Shown here: one piece after another, positions 41,784 to 55,231 of the stretch
Layout of the letters: each line of letters begins with the position of its first letter
How positions within the stretch are numbered: the first letter of the stretch is position 1
Source: Octopus vulgaris
Taxonomy: Eukaryota
DNA: 64,000 bases
Direction: 5' to 3'
Assembly: GCA_951406725.2 (NCBI GenBank)
Contig: OX597826.1
Coordinates: 82,274,001 to 82,338,000, forward strand
Translations under genes and position numbers: made by a program
The notes under the pieces: model-generated
The model's input: the letters and a program-made list of their open reading frames with translations, nothing else
What the model was told of the DNA's origin: nothing
Database searches by the model: none

Positions 41784-41800
41784 GTGATGATGGTGATGAT
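41415..41800. repeat. Compound trinucleotide microsatellite (AAC/AAT/AAG/GCT/GAT)
   Basis: Directly visible; borders the 5' end of the LINE. Confidence 0.9.
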
Positions 41801-43119
41801 ATTAATATTTAAATTGAAAGAAAAAAGTAATGATTTTAATGCTATTTTGTTTTCGTTTATATATTTCCTCGTTGCTCTGATATGATGTCTGTCTGCTGTA
41901 ACAGCACAACACAACGGAATGAAACGAAAACAAATATCGAAAGGAAGAGAAATGAATGAAAAAAAAAAAGATGGAACCCATTTGTTTATTTGTTTGCAAT
42001 TTCATTCTTCGCTTACATTTTTAATTAACTTCTCAGCAAGAGTGAGACATCGTTATGACGTGAACAAGTGTAAATGTATCTTCTTTAAGAAAAATAGACG
42101 TTTGTATATTCTATATATTTCTCTTTCGATTATTTTCGTTATATGGCAAAATAACGTCTATGATTGTTTTTCAGGGTCCTGAGGATTATAAGAAGGCAAG
42201 TAAGTTATTCTTAGAGGGAATACACCGAAGAATATTCAGAGAGATCCCTCAAAACTCAATGTCTCCCTGATTCTTAAAACAGTTCCCTTTTCTTTCTTTC
42301 TCCCTCAGTCACTCTCCTGCAATCTACAAGCGTACACTCAGAGCAGAACCCGTCACTCGGGCCATGCAAGTCACCCTCATCAATCCCTCAGTTCCTTTTT
42401 CAATTGATTTGTGTCAAAACTGATGATCATCGTTATCTGTCACCCACCCCTTTCACTCGTGTCCCCCACACTTGCCATGCTTCATGGGCAGGGTCTGTGT
42501 CAAAGTGAAGATCATGACAATGGACTCAGTTCATACTTGCTTCCGTTCCACACGTGGCAGTTGCTGAGTAATATCACTCCAAAAGCAATAGACGGGAATA
42601 CACACTAGATTTTGGGTAATTTCTCTTTTTAAAATGCTGACAAATTTCATTTAACCTGGAACTGCATTATAACAACACAGAAATTGTTTCAAGTTGAGCT
42701 AAAAAAATAAATACAGATCCCATATAAAATTATATTCTCATAAAATTTCATTAAATACACTTTTTTTTCTAATCAATTACGTTTTGTAATGTCGATTGCA
42801 GTATTCGGTTGCATTCAATAATCTTAGTATTTCTATCAAGAGCTAAAAGAGGCAAATCTCTGAAAAAAAGAAAAAAAAAATAGTTTACAGCTTATGAACT
42901 TGAAATGTTGTGCCTCAATGCACAAATTAAGAATGACCTAATCGTTGGAAAGCACAGGCATAGACTTTCTATGTGGATCTGTGGGAGTGCGTGTGTGCAT
43001 GTATGTATCTCCAGAACATTTAAAATATTAACGAAAATATTATATTTCTTCTTATGTGTATCCAAATGCATAAAATATATCCGTGTAGGGATAAATAAAT
43101 CGATTATCCTACATACATA

Positions 43120-43174
<55 letters not shown>

Positions 43175-44271
43175 TGGTGTGTGCGTGTGTGTGTGTGTGT
43201 GTGTGTGAAATGCATTTTATATATTTTCCCATTGCTTCTCCTTCCAGCTGTGTATTAAATTAATCCCTACAGCTCCATCATTTTGAGTTTTCATCAATTT
43301 CCTTTGCAGAATACTTCTTAATATTAATTACAATTTCGGTCTCCTTTGCCAGCCCCACTCAAAGAATATCCTTATCAAATCAATGAACGTGTAAACAGTA
43401 TACTTTAGAAATTACATGCCTGCTCTACATCTCATCATATCATCTAGTGTGTGTGTGTGTGAGTGTGTGTGAGTGTGTGTGTGTGTGTTTGTGAGGGTAC
43501 GAGTACGTGTGTGTTTGTGTGTATGTGTGTATGATATCGTATCATAACGTATCACATCATATTATATCAGCATATCATTTTATTCACTTCGTAAATAATT
43601 TCTATTTGATCGATTACTTAAGAGCTCAATTTTCTTGTATTTTCTATTCTTGTCTCTAGCACAAAGCTGGCGTGATGCAGCTACTTGCAACTACCTCTCT
43701 TCTGTATATTTTATTATAAGGCTGCACCCATTTTGACATCTTACTTTTAGAGACGTCAAATTTACTTTCCCACTGGGTTTCTTTCTTTCTTATCCTGTAA
43801 TGGTTGGTAGGGGATAGTTATTTACCGATCTTATTTGCATGCGCCCCTACCATTCTACGTATCAATGTCTAATAATTTGCCTTTGGGATGGATTTAATAT
43901 TCCTACACACGCACACACACATGCACACACACATGCACACACACATGCACACACATCACACACACATAGACACTACTCGCACACACACGCTTACAAACAA
44001 TATACATTATGTACGTGTATGTGTGTGTGTACATATATAAAACATTTATATTTATAAATACTCAGGGGTGAGTATATACTGGTATAATGCATATTTGCGT
44101 ATATATATTAATACTTATTCAACGCATTCACTTGCATAATTACACACACACACATATATATACATGAATATAATATATATAATATATATATATATATATT
44201 ATATATATATATATATTATATATATTTGCATGTGTGTGTATATATATATAGAGATAAATACATTCATATAT

Positions 44272-44302
<31 letters not shown>

Positions 44303-44364
44303 GAATGTGTTTATTTACGTGTGTATATTTATACATATGTATATATACATACATAAATGCATTA

Positions 44365-44441
<77 letters not shown>

Positions 44442-44519
44442 CTTTCATTTGAGCATTCTCAAATTTTCCTTGCTTATCATTTCTCCACGTGCGGTCAACA
44501 CAACCCCACCATTTATTGA

Positions 44520-44565
<46 letters not shown>

Positions 44566-44567
<2 letters not shown>

Positions 44568-44720
44568 GGTGTAAGCACATGCACATAAATGTGAAATAAG
44601 GTGGAAAAATTAGTCCTCAAATACCAGAGGTAGAGTAATATGCTTTATTAAAAGCAGCAGAAATATCACAAATACTGTCACTCAGAGTTTCACGTTCCCG
44701 TTCGTCGGACAGTTTTGTTC
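44566..44720 (-). mobile_element. Short hammerhead-bearing element, same family as 50149-50296 (Penelope pLTR / retrozyme-like)
   Basis: The reverse complement aligns with 50149-50296 (ctgctgc...taaagcatattactctacc..tggtatttgag...ttccacctt.tttcacatttatgtg...ccgg) and ends at the same CCGG|(TA)n junction. Confidence 0.85.
44674..44713 (-). ncRNA. Degenerate minimal hammerhead motif
   Basis: actgt CCGACGA acg-ggaa-cgt GAAA ctctgag TG acagt has a perfect 5-bp stem I and a GNRA-capped stem II. The core U4 is changed to C and the triplet is GUG, so it is probably inactive. Confidence 0.7.
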
Positions 44721-44724
44721 AAAC

Positions 44725-44840
44725 CTTAGCCTGACTGCTACCATGAATTCTAACGAGTTTCCTCTGGAAAGAAAAAGAAACAAACATCAATTGGTTTATC
44801 AGGTGCTGAGGCGTGTATACATTTTTGGGGACACCTTGTA
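44725..44840. mobile_element. Tc1-like terminal fragment (single TIR)
   Basis: Ends tttttggggacaccttg-ta, the reverse complement of a CAxGGTGTCCCCAAAA-type TIR with a TA flank. Confidence 0.5.
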
Positions 44841-45419
44841 TATATATTATGCATATTTGAATATGTTTGCTAAACCACTTTATCATTGTTCTTTTAAAGA
44901 TAATGATAGCTTGTTTGAATTTTGAATTCATATATATACATATATAAAACAAAATAGAGTGAAAAAACTACAGAAGGCTTGTGTTGTATGTTTAAAGAAT
45001 ATATTTAAATCGTTATGTTAGAAAAATGTTATAAAATTTTGCGTGTTTAACATTGATTCGGGAGAAATAACCGGGTTCGTATTTTCTTTTCAAATTTCTC
45101 AAATTTCTTTACCTATATTGTGTCATGTCTTCGCTATGTTGTGAAATATGGAGTTCTAGACAGGGGAAGGTAATCAGGGATTTTTTCGGTATAAGGGAGA
45201 TAATCAGAAATGTTGGGAATGACTAGGTTTTATTAATTTAAAAGATTTGCTTTAGAAAGAATACAATATTACAAGTGATAGGTTTTGCTTTATATGTTTT
45301 TCAATGAAGTGAGTTTCCTTGTTTAAAAATGTTAGAAATGGTTAGGTTTTGGCTTATATTTTTCAATAAAGTAGGTTTCCTTATTTAATCTAACTTGTGT
45401 TGGTGTTCCAATGGCACAT

Positions 45420-46280
45420 TAATAAAATGGAGATATTCACACCATTATCCTCTTCTTTACTTTCGCCCGACCCCACCATGAATACTGTTGGCCACTGTGC
45501 TCATTTCACAATGTATCATAGAAATTGAAGCACCTCAAACGTCAATTACAAAAAAAGATTGACCTGTTGTTTACAGCCCCAGGAAGACATCTCCTCCAGC
45601 TGGCTAAAAATACACTGTCTGTGTCCAATCAGTATTTCAGAAGAGAAATCATCGTTCCCATCCCTAGCCTTACGTGATGCACACGGACCCGTGTTTCTGG
45701 GTAATAACCCGTCACCAGCGCGTGGCAGTCACCAGCTAGGGATGTGAAATGATTCCAAACACAAAACACAAAATGCCTTTTCCAGCGACAAATTGTCGCT
45801 GATCTCGAAAAAGGCGAAACAAATCTGAGAGTGAGATGTGAACTGTAGCAGCACGACATCGTAAGTATATTTTCCACATAAATGTGGTTGATCCATATGG
45901 GACGATGCGACTGTCGTTTATAGCCCAAGGAAGACGTCTCCTCCAGCTGACTAACGACTCACTGTATCCGATCAGTATTTGCGAAGGGAAATCAACCTTC
46001 CCATCTCTAGCCTTACATGATACACACGGACCCGGGTTTTTGACGCGGGCATCTCTACACCGGAAAGTTCTCAGAATCCAGGAGCTGTATGCCTGAGAGA
46101 CTTGCATGGTGTAGATGTGTCGTTAAAACAAAACCGGATCTCGACAGGAAACACAGATGAGGGCAGCGTCTTCAAACTCCTTTACCGACCAAATGCCACA
46201 TACTTGAGAATGTTTCAAATAATAGTGTAGCTCAGTCAACTGTGGTGCTCCAGCAGGACCGCAGCTTTGAAGCTGAAACA
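45420..46280 (+). mobile_element. CR1/L2/Jockey-group LINE 3' remnant, interrupted by two copies of a ~135-bp repeat
   Basis: EYCWPLC...IEAPQ-SITKKI and LRDLHGVDV...RAASSNS resemble LINE C-terminal motifs. The remnant ends with gtggtgctccagcaggaccgcag...ctgaaaca. Confidence 0.5.
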
Positions 46281-46296
46281 TTTTTAAGATTTAAAG

Positions 46297-46350
<54 letters not shown>

Positions 46351-46423
46351 TTACATATAATATAAAAATACACACATATATATCCATATAGATATATGTA
46401 TACATATATACATATTTATATTT

Positions 46424-46454
<31 letters not shown>

Positions 46455-46467
46455 CATATATACATAA

Positions 46468-46529
<62 letters not shown>

Positions 46530-47043
46530 ATATATATATATATAATAATATATATATAATGGCTGCCCCCTCGTTATCGAGTATGGCTATTGCACGAAGC
46601 TTAACTGTTATTGGTGCTGTGATCGAATGTGACTTTTATTTGCTTTTTAAGGCTACAGCCAGCCATTCAGTTCAAACGCACAGGACCATCAACAATGTTG
46701 TTATCGTGCAATGCCTGTGCAAGAAGATTTCTTTTAAAGTGAGGAAAAGCTAAGCACTGAGTCAATCCTACTCACTAAGCAACAGCAGCCATAATCCGAA
46801 AAGAAGAACAAGTCAACATCATCGGAAACCACTGAGACGCAGGTTTTATGTCGGTCAGTTACCTGAGTTACCTTTACAGAAGGATGCCCTAACAAAGGCT
46901 AGAGTCCTTCACTCCCAATGGTTTAACCTCGTGATCGGGTATTCAGTATTGTCCCCGCACATGGCCGTTGACTCTCAAGAGTTCCTCCGCCCTTTGTATA
47001 TATATATATATATATACACATATATACATACATACATACATAC

Positions 47044-47121
<78 letters not shown>

Positions 47122-47215
47122 TTTTCCCTTGTTAACAATTAACACGGAAAAATAGATAAATAGTTACCAGGGTAACTATTTATGTCCTTTTAACTCCTTA
47201 TATATATATATATAA

Positions 47216-47432
47216 GGCGGCGAGCTGGTAGAAACGTTAGCACGCCGGGCGAAATTCGTCTGTCGTTACGTTCCGAGTTCAAATTCCGCCGAGGTCGACT
47301 TTGCCTTTCATCCTTTCGGGGTCGATAAATTAAGTACCAGTTACGCACTGGGGTCGATGTAGTCGACGTAATCCCTTTGTCTGTCCTTGTTTGTCCCCTC
47401 TGTGTTTAGCCCCTTGTGGGTAGTAAAGAAAT
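47216..47432 (+). mobile_element. tRNA-derived SINE, family 1, type-A tail (octopus-type SINE by my recollection)
   Basis: ggcggcgagctggtagaaacgttagc (A-box-like) and gagttcaaattcc (B box). At least 9 related copies occur in the window. Flanked by (TA)n. Confidence 0.9.
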
Positions 47433-48374
47433 ATATATATATCTGTGTGTGAGCGTGTGTGTAAATTCTCACTCATACACAAACACACACAAACACAAAC
47501 AAATGCACATACAGAGAGATAAACTGTTTTATGCAAATCTCACTTTGTGTGTGTATGTGTGTGTGTGCCTGTGTGCGCGCGTGCGTGTGATGAAGAAAGG
47601 TGGGAGAAAGATTGAAATGCTCAATTTATGCAAAGTAATGGTTCTGTAGAATTCCATTCTTCTCCGTTTCGTTTTCCTGATTGATGAGTGTTGTTTGTGC
47701 AGTCCAATGGTGGATCGTGTTTCTACTTTCGAAGTTTTTGTTATTGATGTAATTGTTATCGTTTGATGTTCTTGTTCATATTGTTATTGTCTTGAAAGAA
47801 TTTATAAAATAGATGCTTCAAGCAGAGTGATCAAGGAATTAGAAGCTCAGGGCTATTCTATCGTGCCTTTGACCAAAGGAATTCCAGTCGTGACCTTCCG
47901 TTCTCTAATTCATATGCTATATCTAAAACTACAGACTATAAGCTGTAATTACGTTCGTTTATGGCAATAAAATGTGATTTATGGGCAAATTGTCTTACAT
48001 TTCTCGGGTCAAGCTACCCAAAGGGATTCCTCTCCTGTTGCTTTTTGCTGATTTCGCTATTGCTTAGCCTCCGGTCAACTTTATCACCAAAAATTTTCTG
48101 AACTTTACATTTTCTTATATTTTGTTGGAATATATACTGTACTGTGTGATTTGAGTGAATTTTGGTGCTTTTTCTATCATATTGAGTGTATTCGCTGTAG
48201 CAGTTTTATTGCATTTTTGTTCTTCTGGTTACTTGGCCTCACGTCCAACCTGGTAATACATACGTCCGATCAAACACCAAACTGTCTTTTTCTCATAAAT
48301 GTAAAATCCATAGTCACATCATCCATCGTCAACTTTGTGAGACAGAAAACAATGGTTGAAGCTTTTCTTCTTTT

Positions 48375-48437
<63 letters not shown>

Positions 48438-49434
48438 GTATATATCAATGTACATACACAGCGAATTGTAAACTCGAAGATAGCGATATAATTATAAAAC
48501 ATTTGACGCATATGTGTGTATGTATGTGTATCTGTGCCTGCATGCGTGTGCGTGTGCGCGTGCGTGTATCTGTGTGTTATATTTGATCTTTTTAAAGAAT
48601 TTTTCATCTTTCCTTATTCCACTTTATTTTTAATTTACAACAACACGTTTAGCAACTCCCCCTGGATGACGCTTCTATATGTTCCCAATCTTAGTTTCCC
48701 ATCGAACCCATGTAACGCCGTTTAGTCAATGAGAAGTGCATTAGCCGTATGGAATGGTTTTACAACTGATGAAATCTGCAATGGTAGTTTACATTTTTTT
48801 AATTCTAAAGTATGGTAGATATAATGATATAATTTTGTGTGATATATTTCTATAATTTGAATTTTGCTCTTAATACTTCTATAGTTATTGTATATAGTAT
48901 AATTCTGTTATGAAAGGAGTTCAGGTGTCTCTTAAGTGCCCCGGAGGATGCCAAACCCTCACAACTAGAGCAGGACAGAGATGACCAGAGAACTAAAGAT
49001 CCTATGTATTGTAATAGATATGGTCTGCATAAATATGTCAGAGCTCAGAGATATAGGCCCCATTGTACTCCAACACATTTACCTAGGAAGTGTGTTCGTT
49101 TCACTACACTGATAACCATATGGAGCAAATGCACGTGACATATAAATCCGACTTCATATAACGATTAGATAACAAGACTATGATAAATGTGTTTAATATA
49201 GAGGCATCTATGAATAAATAGTTTTCGATACGAACACTGACTAATTTCAGTTTGAATAGAGAAGTTTGTTAACAAGTAGCTTTATATAGGTTTCCACTTT
49301 TCTATTTAGATATCTATTAATACATGCTTCTTTGTATCTGCCGGTACATACATACATACATACATACACATATATACATATATATTTGTATATATGTATA
49401 TATATGTGTGTATGTGTGTTTCTGTGTGTGTGTA

Positions 49435-49481
<47 letters not shown>

Positions 49482-50031
49482 GTAGGTATTTATGTGTTTG
49501 TGCGTGTGTATTTGTGTATGTTTCAGATTATTGATGTTTCAATAATGTTTTGTTTCGTTATGATAATAAGCTATAAAGCAGATCAATGATATTGTTTTTA
49601 GCCACCTTATCAGCAGACGACGACTATAAGCATTATGCCTACATACCAAATATTACCCCTGGAAGGAATGAAAAAGAACAGCTGTAGAAGCGGCGCATTT
49701 TAATATTGTTTAGATTGTCACTACCAGCTAAGCACTTTTTTTTCAACTATTCAAGAACATGATCAAGCTCCAGCTTGACCTTGTCTTCATAAACTGCCAG
49801 GTCATTGAGTACATTTCATTTACAGCTACCATCAGACGAAAGGGTTTCTAAAGATTTTCCATCGGCACAATATAACTCGCAAGATGTGGGCGACCCAAGG
49901 CTAAGAAAACGTCCGAATTATTCGAAAGCAGACGCTTGGCTATACTGTGCAAATACATATTTTAACTGTTACCTAACTATATTAGTTATCAAGTAAACGT
50001 ATATCCATTTATACGTATATACATTTATAAA

Positions 50032-50068
<37 letters not shown>

Positions 50069-50100
50069 TTTATTTTAAGCAGCAGAAAATTCAACAAAAT

Positions 50101-50138
50101 CTGTTACTCTGAGTTTCTCGTTGCCGTTCATCAGACAG
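50101..50138 (-). ncRNA. Minimal type-I hammerhead ribozyme motif (mirror copy)
   Basis: Exact reverse complement of 50154-50191. Confidence 0.82.
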
Positions 50139-50153
50139 TTTTTGCTAGAAAAA

Positions 50154-50191
50154 CTGTCTGATGAACGGCAACGAGAAACTCAGAGTAACAG
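50154..50191 (+). ncRNA. Minimal type-I hammerhead ribozyme motif
   Basis: ctgt CTGATGA a-cg-gcaa-cg-a GAAA ctcagag TA acag. The core is intact, stem I is ctgt/acag, stem II is capped by a GCAA tetraloop, stem III is ACTC-a-GAGT, and the triplet is GUA. Confidence 0.82.
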
Positions 50192-50293
50192 ATTTTGTTG
50201 AATTTTCTGCTGCTTAAAATAAAGCATATTACTCTACCACTGGTATTTGAGTACTCTTTTTTCCACCTTGTTTCACATTTATGTGTTTACTCC

Positions 50294-50405
<112 letters not shown>

Positions 50406-50591
50406 CATATATACATATATATATATAAATGCATTTATAAATATATATGTATTTATATATATTTATATACATATACATTTTTAAATGCATACATACATAC
50501 ATACAGATATCTACATAAATTGACCCACACATACATACACTCCAACATACATGCATTCTTACACACATACATGCACAGATGCGTACAGATA

Positions 50592-50634
<43 letters not shown>

Positions 50635-51340
50635 ATTTATATATATATAATACATAGGCACGCATACCTATGTAGATATAATATAACTTTACAAACAGAT
50701 ATTTTGAGGTGTGGTTTGAAGGCTTCATTATCAGAAATCTCTTAAGTTTCAGACGATTCTACTACACGTATTTTCGTACTTGTTCTTCTCACTAAATGCC
50801 ATTTTCTGGTGAATGTGGACTGACACCGTTTGTAGCTGAGACATTACATAACAAACGAAAGACAGATATAAAAACATTTATATCGATTACTAAAGCTATA
50901 TTGATTTTTAAAGATTGATGGGTTGGCAAGAAACAATTATTTATCTAGACGGAAAGGCGACGAACGAAAATAGTAAGACACCCGGTTTAAATGAATTGCG
51001 GTATTTAATGATGCAGAGTACAAACCAGATCGTACTCAATATCAAATGAATACCTGTTTCTGCTAGCCTTGAAGCAGGAAACATTATCCATGGCGCTTCA
51101 GCCACGACCATTTCATCGTTTATGCGGCTAATGCAGTGTATATATAAGAATAGGTTTTACAATGAACCCCCCATTTTATAATACGCTAGACCATGCTTAA
51201 GGAGCTTGTCTCCTTTGTCAGTCGGTAGATAAGCTCTTTTGTAACAGAAAATGTTTTGTTCGTGGCTAAGTGTTGTTTTAACTCTCATTTCTAGCAATGC
51301 TGGTGCTTACTTCCACCTTTAGTTACTGTTAGTACTTCCG

Positions 51341-51407
<67 letters not shown>

Positions 51408-51411
<4 letters not shown>

Positions 51412-51664
51412 AAATAAGCAACAAGGATATCCAAGGTAGTGTAGTACAATTGTTTCATGCTACCTCATTTTATTAAACACTGTATTATATGTTTTAAAAT
51501 GTCAAGCAATATTCAGCCACATATAGAATTTTTTAATTAAACGAACAATGCACATTCTTATACTTATCTTAAAACTGATGTAATACCTACAGTCTTTAAT
51601 AAAATGAAGCAGCATGAAACAATTGTACTACTCTACCTTAGATATGTTTGTTGCTTATTTTGAT
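51408..51664. repeat. Imperfect inverted repeat with 77-bp arms (51408-51484 / 51588-51664) inside a (TA)n-flanked insert (51408-51765)
   Basis: atcaaaataagcaacaa...gtagtacaattgtttcatgct...cattttattaaa versus tttaataaaatg...agcatgaaacaattgtactac...ttgttgcttattttgat. Confidence 0.9.
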
Positions 51665-51761
51665 TATAATCCCCCCATTTGATGTATATGAATAACACCA
51701 TACTAAATTCTGGTGCCTTTAACTTAAGTACCATATTCATCTGAATCTAAATTTTGCTGAA

Positions 51762-51817
<56 letters not shown>

Positions 51818-52247
51818 CCATTTTGGAGGTTGATGTTTTTATTCCTATTTTTATCAACCTCTCATTCGTTTTGCACCTCCTATATTCATTACGCATAACT
51901 CTTTACATGTAATCTTTATTTATGTCTAATTTTATATGTATTTTCATATTTCTTCTATATTTTTGTGTATGTTTCTTTTTATTCTTTATACCCTTGGAGA
52001 ATCCTCACGCCTCTACACGCATGATTTATGTTGATGTTTCATAAATATATACGATTCAATTACATTGATTGGATATCTTCGTTTATGCGTTCGGGAATCT
52101 GTTTGCCGGATTTGCGTTTTCAATGTCCCCTACTCTGTAGTTTTTTGCATTAGCTCTCTATGAGCACTCTGTAAATAGCCCGTACTTTCTATAACATACT
52201 TCTTTCTTTCTTCAATTCTTTCTTTCTTCAATTCTTTCTTTCTTCAA

Positions 52248-52278
<31 letters not shown>

Positions 52279-52412
52279 TTTCTTTCTCTGTGTGTGTGTA
52301 TATATGTACATATGTGTGTGTATATATATATATATGCATGTAAATAAATATACATATGTGTCTGTATATGTGTATATATATATATGTATGTATATATATA
52401 TATATATGTACA

Positions 52413-52476
<64 letters not shown>

Positions 52477-53297
52477 AAATCTTCAAGTAGTCCGTGGCAG
52501 GAATAGAAAACAAAAATTGGACCGTGTATGTTCAAGAACAATAACAATTTATTTGTGTGCCGTGTTAAGTTGGGATTCCAAAACGACAATGTAACCTTTA
52601 TATAATGAAGGTATTCTCGGTCGAATGAGTAGCCAGCTGAATAACCCTCGCAGAGTAATTATTACATCTGAAGATCTACTAGCTAGGAAACATCTGTACT
52701 CTGGATTCTACCTGTATTCAAAAAATATTATATATTAAAAAAATTTTCCAGACTAGTTATGTTGAAGATACACGCCTTCGAAATAGTCCCCTTTCGCAGC
52801 AGTACTCCAGCCCCAGCGTTCCTGCCTCTTTTAGAATCAGACCTGCAAGTCGTTTCTCATTCTCTCTTGATCTCGACAATAGTGTTAAAACGGCGACTTT
52901 TAGCTGTATTTTAATCTTGGGGAAGAGATGGAAGTCCTGGCAAATAGGGCGATTGCGGAAACGACAGCACATTACTTTTGGCGAGAAACGCACGAGAGAG
53001 GAATGCTCAGTGGCGGGGAGCATTATGATCGTGAAACCCGAGCTGATCTCACTTTGCCTTTATCCATCGATCTCCGGCCGCGCTGTCGTCTAGCGGTTAC
53101 CAAAGCACTACGAAGATAAACGATTGTCTCCCTTCGGCCTTGGCTATTGGATTTCGGCTGTGGTGCCGCCATGCTGATTCCAAAAGGCCAGAAGGAATTT
53201 TCTAAAATGCAGGAGTGATCCGAGAATTTCCGTGCTTCTCCGGATTTATGTATTTCTAGAAACTATGTATGTGTGTGTGTGTGTGTGTGAGGGTATA

Positions 53298-53362
<65 letters not shown>

Positions 53363-53884
53363 TAAAAGAAGCAGCAAGTAGGTGGGAGTGTAGAGATTTT
53401 CGCCGAGCCTTGCGACGTTAAGCCGAACTTAGCACTTAGGACCATGCTAGTCAACGGTAGTTTGGACATACATATTTTTTACGTTACTCATAAGTTATTA
53501 GGCTCTAAATTTTACTTTGTAAATTATTAATTTTTGTCATTTGTAAATTTTCTTTTTACATTTTGGCATTCATTCGTATTTGCGTAAGTTCACTTTTAAC
53601 TATTGTTTTTATTCGAATATATTTATTTGTCATTGTTTTCATTATTATATCATCACAAGTATATATTTTATTTTTATCCCTACATATTATTAATTTTATA
53701 TGAATGTTTACAGACATAAGTCACGTGAGAATTTAGTTTTTGTAAATTGTTTATTTTTTTATTTTAAAATTATATTATGGCTTGCACAGGAAGGTCCGGT
53801 GAACCTATTCACACCTATGCATGCTTATCTGTTAAGATTAAAATATAATATTTGGTATCGAACTATGATAAAGCTGTTTAGAGA

Positions 53885-53975
53885 CCTGACGATTGAAGTT
53901 GCGTTTTAAGAAAGGTTCCTGTAAAATACTGCGTGCTTAAGGAACCGTAAAAGAACCTCAAGAAACACGTGTAGC
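53885..53975 (+). ncRNA. Hammerhead-like motif with a long stem II and a weak stem I
   Basis: CTGACGA ttgaagtt...ggttcct...aggaacc...aacctcaa GAAA cacgtg TA. The core and palindromic stem III are intact, but stem I pairs by only 1 bp. Confidence 0.6.
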
Positions 53976-54091
53976 AGAGATTTAGAAATGAGTAGTAAGT
54001 ATTAAAATAAAATTCTTTATATGGTGTGATGATAGGGACTGCTATCTCTAAATAACGCACACACACACACACACACACATACACACACACT

Positions 54092-54125
<34 letters not shown>

Positions 54126-54321
54126 CACACACATATATATGCACATATATATATACATATATGCATGTATGTATTTGTATATTTATATAAGTATGTATGT
54201 TTATGCATTCACATATATGCATGCATGTTTGAGTGCATAAACGTGTGAATGCGTATTTGTAAGTCTTTGAACCGTGCAGATATTGACTACTCGACTTGTT
54301 AAGAATATATGTGGAAGGATA

Positions 54322-54537
54322 AGGTGGCGAGCTGGCAGTAACTTTAGCACACTGGGCGAAATACTTAGCAGTATTTCATCCGTCTTTACGTTCTGAGTTC
54401 AAATTCCGCCGAGGTCGACTTTGCCTTTCATATTTTCGGGGTCGATAAATTAAGTACCATTTGCGTGCTGGGGTCGATGTAATCGGCTGGCCCCTTATCC
54501 AAAATTTCGGGCCTACTGCCTAGAGTAGAAAAGAATA
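54322..54537 (+). mobile_element. tRNA-derived SINE, family 1, type-B tail
   Basis: Same head and core as 47216, with tail ccaaaatttcgggcctactgcctagagtagaaaagaat. The flanking direct repeat atatgtggaaggat (target-site-duplication-like) occurs on both sides. Confidence 0.9.
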
Positions 54538-55200
54538 TGTGGAAGGATGTTGTTTAATCATCCAGGATAATCTGGGTGATGCTTACAGGATGTTCCGAAC
54601 ACCATAGCCTCATGTACGAGACTCGCGATATATTCTAGACAACGCAAGCTTTCTGAGAATCGCGTCTTTCCAAGAAAAACGCTTTTATAGTGCTGGTCAA
54701 AGATATTGGAAAGATGCGGTTCACTTGCTGTGTACTACAGTGAAATATTGCACTCTTAGTACTTGGTTACAGATTAGTGCTTTATGCTTACTCATTGCAG
54801 TTATTTACTGATAAGTGGAACTGGATTTCCTCACGTAGGATAAGTTTGAGAAATGTGAAGAACTTGACCAAGCCTACATCGACACTGGCAACCGCAGCGG
54901 CAGTGGCAGCAACATGGTGGACAGTCGAAGAGAATCTAACGATATTAACATAGCCAGCTGCAGATTTCAGACCTCTCTTTCTTCGATAAACAATTCATCT
55001 TAAATAATATTAGGCATTTCATTTCTGTTCAAGTAGTTATTTGATAATAAATGAATAAGTGAATGTCTGGAGAGAGAGAAAGGTGCGGGTGGGGGAAGGG
55101 GGGAGACGGAACAAATAAAGAAGAAGCGGGAAACCAAACAAAAGGGATGAAGGGAGGTAAAAGGGAGAAAGGCAGGGAATAATAATAATAATAATAATAA

Positions 55201-55231
<31 letters not shown>

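Larger units (their letters stand above)
50068..50224. repeat. Perfect palindrome with 76-bp arms (50068-50143 / 50149-50224) and a 5-nt centre gctag
   Basis: The arms are exact reverse complements by eye. Confidence 0.95.

Noticed and set aside
51600-51632. atgaagcagcatGAAAcaattgTA as a hammerhead 3' half
   Set aside because: A palindromic stem III is present but there is no CUGANGA at the right distance.
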